This document shows positions 57,288 through 64,000 of a stretch of DNA of 64,000 nt, one piece after another. This DNA comes from Hyphomonas sp. (GTDB lineage: Bacteria; Pseudomonadota; Alphaproteobacteria; Caulobacterales; Hyphomonadaceae), in NCBI RefSeq assembly GCF_017792385.1, contig NZ_CP051230.1, positions 710,827 to 774,826 of the forward strand, given 5' to 3'. The stretch's first letter is position 1. Every line of letters starts with the position of its first letter. The notes under the pieces are model-generated. The model searched no databases. It saw nothing but the letters and a program-made list of their open reading frames with translations, and was not told the origin of the DNA. Made by a program: the position numbers and the translations under genes.

Positions 57288-57880
57288 CAGGCCGGCTCCG
57301 GCGCGATGTCGTAGTCGATGGGCTTGTAGGCGAAATTGTTCGACTCGCCGGCCGAGCAACTGGTCATGCCGATCAGCAGGTCCATGCAGGCCTCGAAGGT
57401 GATGGACTGCCCCGCCTTGCTGAGCGGAGGCAGGACCTGGATCTCGCCGGTCTCGGGATCGGAGGCGACATGCATGAAGATGTTGAACGCGATCGGGATG
57501 TCATCCGGCCCGATTCCGTATTCTGACAGGGCCGCCTCGAGGTTTTCCTGGCAGCCCCCTTCCGGATCGGCCTGATCGTACAGTTTGCGGAACGTGTCCT
57601 TCGAACAGGGCGTCAGCGTGAAATCATGCCGGCCGACCTCGTCCGAGATGATCTTCAGCATGTCGCGGCTGCGATTGGAGTAGAGAATGTCCCCCGTGGA
57701 GAGAAACATGCGTCCGGCATAGTCGAGTGAACGGCCGGACGAGATCACTTCCTTCCGGTCGTCGAGATTGTAGGCAACCATGTCGCTGACCTGTTCGCCT
57801 TCGGGGTCGGTCACGGTCAGGCGCTGGCCCTTGCGGAGAATAAAGGCCGTGCCGGATTTCGGGGGGATGCGATGGGTCAT
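57287..57880 (-). CDS. DUF1989 / urea carboxylase-associated family protein
   Basis: DPEGEQVSD, YSNRSR, GRHDFTLTPC, GCQENL, FNIFMHV, TSCSA motifs. Confidence 0.92.
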   Translation of the reverse strand: MTHRIPPKSGTAFILRKGQRLTVTDPEGEQVSDMVAYNLDDRKEVISSGRSLDYAGRMFLSTGDILYSNRSRDMLKIISDEVGRHDFTLTPCSKDTFRKLYDQADPEGGCQENLEAALSEYGIGPDDIPIAFNIFMHVASDPETGEIQVLPPLSKAGQSITFEACMDLLIGMTSCSAGESNNFAYKPIDYDIAPEPA

Positions 57881-58572
57881 TTGATCGGTTCCTGTGGGGT
57901 GAACGGACATTTCCAGTCCGGGCCGACCTCGCGGCCGGAATATTGGGCGGCCTCCGATCCGGCACCGAAATCGGCGAGCATCGGATTGACGGACCCGGCC
58001 AGCGCCTTGTCCCGCTCACGGATGATCTGCTTCATCTTGTCGAACCGGCCGTCGGCACGCAGGCGTTCGAACTGTTCGTGGGAATTGAAGACAAGCGCCG
58101 GATAGCGGAAGCGGCGGGCCGGTCGGGATGCATTCGGGTGAAGGCCGATGACGAAGAAAGCCTCGCCCAGAAGCCCCATGGAGAAATGGGCCGACTGCGG
58201 ATCGCGCGCAGCATTCTCGGCCCATCCCCTGCCCTCGACGACATCGAGATTGTGCAGCGACTGGAGCCGGTTCCACAGGGCACGTTCGAACGCGGTTTCG
58301 GTAAGGCCGTCCGGGCCGGAGAAGATCGCCACGAAGGATTGCACGACCGGCGAGTCGAATTCGAGCTGGTCGATGAAGCCTTCCAGCGCCTGGCGCAACT
58401 TGATGTCTCCGGCGGCGGAATCGATGTCGCCGAATTCCGCAATCACCAATTGGTCCCGGACCATGGCCGACTTCGCCCCGATGCAGGGAAAGGAGTCGGA
58501 TTTCACGAAGGCGCGGAACGCCTCTGTGGGGGTCTGGGTCGCGGGGGGCCTTTGTCGTGTGATCGTTTCCAT
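57877..58572 (-). CDS. YqcI/YcgG-family heme-dependent N-hydroxylase (GntA/DcsA-like)
   Basis: FPCIGAK, FERALWNRLQ, FFVIGLHP.ASR.ARRF, LVFNSHEQFE, NPML, YSGR motifs. Confidence 0.88.
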   Translation of the reverse strand: METITRQRPPATQTPTEAFRAFVKSDSFPCIGAKSAMVRDQLVIAEFGDIDSAAGDIKLRQALEGFIDQLEFDSPVVQSFVAIFSGPDGLTETAFERALWNRLQSLHNLDVVEGRGWAENAARDPQSAHFSMGLLGEAFFVIGLHPNASRPARRFRYPALVFNSHEQFERLRADGRFDKMKQIIRERDKALAGSVNPMLADFGAGSEAAQYSGREVGPDWKCPFTPQEPIK

Positions 58573-58840
58573 GGGGGCGAGGTCCTGAACTGTTATCGCC
58601 CAACCAACCTCGCGACGGGCCAACAGGTTCCCCAATTTCAGGTGGAAGACAGCAGAGCCGGCTCAAGCGCCGGAAATGGCAGGATTACCGGCCTCTCATG
58701 ACGCGGATTTCATGTGCAGGGAGGCTTCAAATGCGGGGGCCGACTCCTTATTTATGTTAATCCGCGATGACAATCATGCGGACAGTACGGGGCGACGCCG
58801 CCGCAAAGCGGGGCTAGACGTCTTTCAACATCTGAAGGCT

Positions 58841-58865
58841 GGAACGATCGCCGCATCGCGGGGTT
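58841..58865 (+). promoter_or_regulatory. EcfG (sigmaT/RpoE2)-type promoter upstream of rpoH
   Basis: GGAAC (58841-58845)-N17-GTT (58863-58865), 25 nt before the ATG with a GGAGG RBS in between. Confidence 0.65.
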
Positions 58866-58889
58866 GGTCAGCAAAGGAGGAGACAGATC

Positions 58890-59801
58890 ATGGCGAACAA
58901 GATCAGCGCCAGCACGAGCATGACTCTCAGCCCGGAACAGGGTCTGAGCCGCTATCTGACGGAAATCCGCAAATTTCCGATGCTCGAGAAGAATGAGGAA
59001 TTCATGCTCGCCCGCCGCTGGCGCGAGCAGGAAGATACCGAAGCCGCAGAAAAGATGGTGACCTCCCACCTGCGTCTCGTCGCGAAGATCGCGATGGGCT
59101 ATCGCGGCTATGGCCTGCCCATGGCGGAAGTCATTTCCGAGGGCAATGTGGGCCTGATGCAGGCCGTCAAGAAATTCGATCCGGACAAGGGATTCCGTCT
59201 GGCGACCTATGCCATGTGGTGGATCCGGGCCGCGATCCAGGAATACATCCTGCGCAGCTGGAGCCTGGTGAAACTGGGCACCACCGCCGCGCAGAAGAAA
59301 CTGTTCTTCAATTTGCGCCGACTGAAAGGCGAAATGCAGGCGCTGGACGAAGGCGATCTGAAGCCGGAACAGGCCAAGCTGATCGCGGAAAAGCTGAACG
59401 TCACCGAAAGCGAAGTCTATTCCATGAATGGCCGGATGTCCGGCTCTGACGCCTCCCTGAACGTGCCGATGGGCACCGATGGCGACATGGAGTGGCAGGA
59501 CTGGCTGGCCGATGACGAACAGGGCCAGGCCGAGGAATTCGCCGACAAGCAGGAATTCAATGCGCGGATGGAACTGCTGACCTCTGCCATGGAAGATTTG
59601 AATGAGCGCGAGCGGCATATCCTGACCGAGCGCCGCCTGTCCGAGGAGCCGAAGACGCTGGAGGAATTGTCGGAAGTCTACAATGTCTCCCGTGAGCGGA
59701 TCCGCCAGATCGAAGTGCGCGCCTTCGAGAAACTGCAGAAGGCGATGAAGCGGATGGCAAAGGAACAGGGCCTGCCGGCCGGGGCCGCGGGCGCAGCCTA
59801 G
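58890..59801 (+). CDS. rpoH: RNA polymerase sigma factor RpoH (sigma32)
   Basis: SHLRLVAKIAMGYRGYGLP, EGNVGLM, RLATYAMWWI, RpoH box QKKLFFNLR, SRERIRQIE. Confidence 0.97.
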   Translation: MANKISASTSMTLSPEQGLSRYLTEIRKFPMLEKNEEFMLARRWREQEDTEAAEKMVTSHLRLVAKIAMGYRGYGLPMAEVISEGNVGLMQAVKKFDPDKGFRLATYAMWWIRAAIQEYILRSWSLVKLGTTAAQKKLFFNLRRLKGEMQALDEGDLKPEQAKLIAEKLNVTESEVYSMNGRMSGSDASLNVPMGTDGDMEWQDWLADDEQGQAEEFADKQEFNARMELLTSAMEDLNERERHILTERRLSEEPKTLEELSEVYNVSRERIRQIEVRAFEKLQKAMKRMAKEQGLPAGAAGAA

Positions 59802-60394
59802 CGCCGGACCACCTCGCCGCCCCCTGCCGCCGCATCCAGATCCTGCCCCGGCCCGTCGGGTCGGGCCGATACCGTATCCCATTCCAGGCTGGCCGTGACC
59901 ATGGACCAGGTCTCCTGCTGCCGGGCCCAGGTCGTTACCAGACAGGCCGGACCATCCCGGCCTGCCTGTGACAGGGTGTCGGCCGGCATGAGCGTGATCG
60001 CGGTTTCGCAGGCGATACCGCTGCGCGCAGCCGGCACCGGCGCGGCCGAGCAGGTGGCGAGCCTGGGCGGTGGACCGAGTATGGAGCGCTGGCGCACATA
60101 ACGGCAGGCGGGCGCGGACGGGACAAGCGCGCCGCCGGACAGGGCCCAGTTGGCGAGGCGCCGCGTGGCAGCCTCATCCGCGCCCTGCAGGGTGGCTGGC
60201 GCGATTTCCTTGCCGCTCCACACACCCAATTCACGGTTGAGTCCGGCCTGCAAATGGCTGACATCCCGCACCATGGCCGCCCGGTACATGCCGGCTCCGG
60301 CTGATAGCGCCAACAGGCTGATTCCCACAGCGAGCAGGATCAGCGCCAACCGGTGTTCCCACAACACGGCCAAAGTTTTCTTGATGTCGCGCAT
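59798..60394 (-). CDS. Hypothetical membrane-anchored protein
   Basis: N-terminal TM and Cys-containing periplasmic part; no family recognised. Confidence 0.55.
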   Translation of the reverse strand: MRDIKKTLAVLWEHRLALILLAVGISLLALSAGAGMYRAAMVRDVSHLQAGLNRELGVWSGKEIAPATLQGADEAATRRLANWALSGGALVPSAPACRYVRQRSILGPPPRLATCSAAPVPAARSGIACETAITLMPADTLSQAGRDGPACLVTTWARQQETWSMVTASLEWDTVSARPDGPGQDLDAAAGGGEVVRR

Positions 60395-60647
60395 CTGGAC
60401 CCCCGGAGTCAGCCTGCGATTCGTTTTGGGACGGGACCTCCCTATCTATTTATGATTGCAATCACAATAGGCGTGATTGAATTTTTCGCGTGATTGGGGA
60501 AGAAACTCCGGCGCACATGACACCGGTAGCAGTCCTGCTACGTCGTCTCTCCGGCTCCTGCAGGGGGCGAGGCTCAGGCTGTGTCGTCGTGGCCGGAAGC
60601 GGCCTCGGGCGCATAGAAGCAGGGCGCCGGCCTTGCGACAGGGCCGT

Positions 60648-61211
60648 CTACTCAGGGTCTGCGTCCGTCGCCTCAGACTGTCGGTCCGCCTGATCGGCCT
60701 TGTCGAGCAATACGCTCTGGTCGAGATAATTGACGTGGAATCCGAGCACTTTCCAGGCTTCCTCGTCCCGTTTCCAGTTGATGGAGATCCTGCCGGGAGA
60801 GTGCTCGGTCTCGATGCCGATGACACAATCCGCAAAGGTGCCGGAGCGGGACTTGTCCAGATTGGCGGACGAGCGCAGCGAGCATGTCGGCGTGCCATAC
60901 TCCGTCACCTGACCGAAATGCTCGATGATCCGCTGAACCTTGTCGATCTGAGGCTGCGTGGCCTCAAAATCCTGCGCATAGATCTCGTCGCCCATCGGGG
61001 GCGGCCCATCCTCCATGACGCGCTTGGCAAATTCCAGACTTGCGTCCGAACGCTCCCCCAACGCCGCGAACATCTTCACGCCCCCGCGCACGCAGGTTCC
61101 CAGCAGCCCCACGGCCAGCACGATGCCGCCGATGATCCACCAGATCGCACGTGACTTGCGCTTTGGTGGCGTAATTTGGTAATCGGCTGCGCCGTGTTCA
61201 TTCTGTGTCAT
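60648..61211 (-). CDS. Hypothetical membrane-anchored protein
   Basis: KRKSRAIWWIIGGIVL TM, then a small alpha/beta domain ending WKVLGFHVN. Confidence 0.7.
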   Translation of the reverse strand: MTQNEHGAADYQITPPKRKSRAIWWIIGGIVLAVGLLGTCVRGGVKMFAALGERSDASLEFAKRVMEDGPPPMGDEIYAQDFEATQPQIDKVQRIIEHFGQVTEYGTPTCSLRSSANLDKSRSGTFADCVIGIETEHSPGRISINWKRDEEAWKVLGFHVNYLDQSVLLDKADQADRQSEATDADPE

Positions 61212-61264
61212 GAGACCCCATTCGAATTATCTCGTTCAATACATGTCATGATAGAGACCCGGCC

Positions 61265-62085
61265 ATGCATCTGACAATACAGGTTGATCGGAAAGATGAC
61301 CCGAGGTTGACGCCTTATCTGTCGATCCGCGAGAAGGATCTGACATCCGGACATGGCGCGCGCTTCATCATTGAGGGCAAGGTGACGCTGGAGACCGCGC
61401 TGCGGCGGGGGCGATTCAAGCTGGAAAGCGTGTTCCTGGCTGAAAGCCGGGTGGCGCCGCTGGCGGAATTGCTGGATCTGGTGCCGGAGGATGTGCCGGT
61501 TCTGGTTGCGCCGCAGGCGGTGATGGACGCCGTCGCCGGTTTCCCGATGCATCGCGGCGTGCTGGCCTGCGGACTGAAGGGGGAGATTCCGGCGCCGAGG
61601 GAGTTTCTTGGTCCTCCCCCGCCTGCGGGGGAGGACAGCCCCCTCCTTCTCCTCTCCGACCTCTCGAACCATGACAATGTCGGCGCATGTTTCCGCAACG
61701 CCGCCGCCTTCGGAGCAGGCGCCGTGCTGATGGACGGGCAGTGCTGCGACCGCTCTATCGCAAGGCCATCCGCGTCTCGTCCGGCAGCACGCTCTGGCTG
61801 CCCTATGCCCATGGCGGGACAGGCATCGACATGGTGAACGCGGCGAAGGCGGCCGGCTATGAGGTCTGGGCGATGACGCCCCGCATGGACGCTGCGCCAC
61901 TCACCTCCCTGCCCCGTCCGGACAAGGTCGCCATCCTGCTGGGCGCGGAAGGGCCCGGCCTGCCGGAAGACCTGATCGCCGCCTGTACGCCGGTGCGCAT
62001 TCCGATGTCAGAAGGGTTCGACAGTGTGAACGTGGCAACGGCGGGCGCAGTTGCGCTGGCGCACCTGTTTGCTGCGACGGCCTAG
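61265..62085 (+). pseudogene. TrmH/SpoU-family RNA methyltransferase split by a frameshift (or sequencing error)
   Basis: The 5' ORF (FIIEG, NHDNVGACFRNAAAFG) and 3' ORF (LYRKAIRVS, LGAEGPGL, DSVNVATAG) join if one C is added at 61750-61751 (GACCG to GACCCG gives CCDPLYRKAIRVS). Confidence 0.85.
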
Positions 62086-62825
62086 AATACCCGCGGGCGT
62101 TCCGTCTTTTCGACGTGGAGGCCGCATTCGGTCTTCTGCTGGCCGGCCCAGCGGCCTGCGCGCGGATCGTCCGGATTGTCGGATGGCTGGGTGCAGGGCC
62201 AGCATCCGATGGACGGATAGCCCTGGGCCACCAGCGGGTGGCGCGGCAGGTTGCGCTGCTTGATCAGCAGGTCAACATCTTCCGGCGTCCAGTTGGCCAG
62301 CGGATTGACCTTGTAGCGGCCACTGGCGAATTCGAAGACCGGCAGGCTCATCCGGGCCCCGCCATGGAAGCGCTTGCGGCCGGTGATCCAGGCATCAAAC
62401 CCTTCCAGAGCCGGCTCCAGCGGACGCACCTTGCGCAGGGCGCAGCAGGCGTCCGGATCGGTCTTCCAGAGATTGTTCTTCGGGTCGAGCACCTTGCGCT
62501 CTGTCTCGCTCGGCGGGATGTCCCGCACGCCGGTCAGGCCAAGCTTCTCGATCAGCTCGTCCTTGTAGTCCAGCGTCTGCGGGAAATGCATGCCGGTTTC
62601 GAGGAAGATGATCGGCAGGTCCGGTTTCACATCGGCGATCAGGGCCAGCATGGCCACGCTTTCCGCGCCGAAGCTGGACACATAGGTCAGGCTGTCACGC
62701 CATTCCCGCACCATGGCGACACGCAGCACCGTCTGCGCCGACGCATCGCGCAGCTCGGTATTCAAGCGCGCGAGGCGGGCTTCCGGCGCTTCGGCCTTGC
62801 GAATGGAAATATCGCCATAGGGCAT
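62082..62825 (-). CDS. cysH: Phosphoadenylyl-sulfate reductase
   Basis: SSFGAES, ETGMHF, CCALRKVRPL, WITGRK, YPSIGCWPCT, ECGLH. Confidence 0.95.
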   Translation of the reverse strand: MPYGDISIRKAEAPEARLARLNTELRDASAQTVLRVAMVREWRDSLTYVSSFGAESVAMLALIADVKPDLPIIFLETGMHFPQTLDYKDELIEKLGLTGVRDIPPSETERKVLDPKNNLWKTDPDACCALRKVRPLEPALEGFDAWITGRKRFHGGARMSLPVFEFASGRYKVNPLANWTPEDVDLLIKQRNLPRHPLVAQGYPSIGCWPCTQPSDNPDDPRAGRWAGQQKTECGLHVEKTERPRVF

Positions 62826-62830
62826 GTGGA

Positions 62831-63319
62831 TCAGCCTTCGTGTCTCTTTCGGTACACCGGCGTCCGTTCACCCGCTGCGGGCTGGTAGACCTCGGAATAC
62901 TCATTCAGTGCGTTCAGCACTTCATGTAGGTCAGCCCGGTCGGTCTCGTAAGCATCAAAGCCTGAACGGTTCATATAGAATATCTGATCCCGCAGGACGT
63001 GTCCGACGGCCCGCAACTCTCCGGTATAGCCGAAACGGCGGCGGAGCAGCTGAGCCTGGGAGTATCCGCGCCCGTCAGTGTATTTGGGAAAACTGATCTC
63101 GATCAGCTGGAGACGGTCCAGATGTTCCACCAGTTCATGCGGATCATCGCCCGGCTCCAGCCGCACGCCGATATCGGTGTTGCGGGCCAGGAGCAGGTCC
63201 TGCTCGCTGCGGAAGCGCGCCAGCGAAACTGTAATACAGCCACCAGGGGACAGCTCGCCCTCATCCGGCACATGGGCCCAGACATTGTCGATCTCCGTGC
63301 CGTTCTTAACCAGCGGCAT
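62831..63319 (-). CDS. DUF934 domain protein (sulfate-assimilation associated)
   Basis: IEISFPKYTDGRGYSQAQLLR.R.GY.GELRAVG.VL.DQ...GFD; start trimmed to MPLVK. Confidence 0.92.
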   Translation of the reverse strand: MPLVKNGTEIDNVWAHVPDEGELSPGGCITVSLARFRSEQDLLLARNTDIGVRLEPGDDPHELVEHLDRLQLIEISFPKYTDGRGYSQAQLLRRRFGYTGELRAVGHVLRDQIFYMNRSGFDAYETDRADLHEVLNALNEYSEVYQPAAGERTPVYRKRHEG

Positions 63320-64000
63320 ACAGCGCCTCCTTGAAGGGATCGTGACCCAGCCGGGCCAGAGTCTCGATAAACAATTCGCTCTTGTCGGCGCGCAGGTCGC
63401 GATAGGTGTCGACAACTCGTTTCAGGGCGCCCGGCACGTCGTCTGCCTTCAGGCCCGGCCCGGCAATCGCACCGATTGCCGCCTTCTCGTCGGCCCGGCC
63501 CCCAAAGGTGATCTGATAGAATTCCTCACCCTTCTTGTCGACGCCGAGAATGCCGATATGGCCGACATGATGGTGGCCGCAGGCATTGATGCAGCCGGAA
63601 ATATTGATGTGCAGGCGGCCAATGTCTTCCTGATAATCCGGATCGGCAAAGACCTGTTGCACGGCCTGCCCCACCGGAATCGAGCGGGCATTGGCGAGGT
63701 TGCAATAGTCCAGGCCCGGGCAGACGATCATGTCCGTGATCAGGCTTTCATTCGCGATGTGCAGACCGGCGGCCTTCAGTTCGCGATAGACATCCGGCAG
63801 ATCGTCCAGCGCCACATGTGGCAGGACCAGGTTCTGGGCATGGCTGACGCGGATGTCGTCATGGGCATAGGTTTCCGCGAGGTGCGCCACAGTCATCATC
63901 TGCGCATCGGTGGCATCCCCGGCAAGGCCGCCCACCGGCTTGAGGCTGATCGTGACGGAGGCATATCCGTCCACCTTGTGGGGATGCAGGTTTACCCGCG
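63306..64000 (-). CDS. cysI: Sulfite/nitrite reductase hemoprotein, C-terminal part (runs off the right edge)
   Basis: CPGLDYCNLAN and ISGCINACGHHH siroheme/[4Fe-4S] ligands; upstream of DUF934 and cysH. Confidence 0.92.
   Translation of the reverse strand, partial: RVNLHPHKVDGYASVTISLKPVGGLAGDATDAQMMTVAHLAETYAHDDIRVSHAQNLVLPHVALDDLPDVYRELKAAGLHIANESLITDMIVCPGLDYCNLANARSIPVGQAVQQVFADPDYQEDIGRLHINISGCINACGHHHVGHIGILGVDKKGEEFYQITFGGRADEKAAIGAIAGPGLKADDVPGALKRVVDTYRDLRADKSELFIETLARLGHDPFKEALYAAG

Noticed and set aside
58575-58800. Guanidine riboswitch upstream of the YqcI/DUF1989 operon
   Set aside because: There are no paired ACGR hairpins or ykkC/ykkC-III consensus on the minus strand. The single GGCG-ACGC-CGCC hairpin near 58793 is on the wrong strand and has a non-consensus loop.

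Overview
A GC-rich alphaproteobacterial chromosomal segment. Gene content (Tad/Cpa pilus, gcrA, a TacA-like sigma54 activator, CtrA boxes) points to Caulobacterales/Hyphomonadaceae, which is an inference. From left to right it holds: a Tad/Flp pilus locus, including a 53-aa pilin missed by the ORF track; the dcw cluster mraZ-rsmH-ftsL-ftsI-murE-murF-mraY-murD-ftsW-murG-murC, interrupted by an antisense DUF3291 gene; ahpD-ahpC divergent from oxyR; a MarR-GNAT fusion; a TacA-like regulator, an orphan NepR-like protein, and PilZ and SnoaL proteins; then uvrB, flanked on both sides by lower-GC defence-like cargo (an HNH nuclease on the left, a HipA-family kinase plus partner on the right). Next comes a 1.4-kb non-coding stretch of REP-like palindromes around a ~590-nt highly structured element, an NhaC-family antiporter with an apparent CTG start and structured leader, and a ~540-nt ornate non-coding RNA with its own terminator (34520-35075). 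That RNA resembles, by recollection of motifs, the ROOL class known mainly from Firmicutes/rumen metagenomes and is the top finding. The rest carries an EEP-family enzyme, a caspase-domain lipoprotein, a Cys-rich alanine-zipper lipoprotein, a yadH-like permease, gcrA, a Pif1-like helicase, two PspB-like proteins, dut, a Pro/Glu-rich protein with a perfect hexamer VNTR, ilvE, a petP/petR/EnvZ-like set, a GNAT-nitrilase fusion, SRAP, an acyltransferase, a rhomboid protease, zapE, a GGDEF-EAL protein, a YqcI/YcgG-DUF1989-DUF421 operon, rpoH with an EcfG-type promoter, a frameshifted TrmH methyltransferase, and cysH-DUF934-cysI (partial). I saw no CRISPR array, tRNA, rRNA, integrase or transposase.
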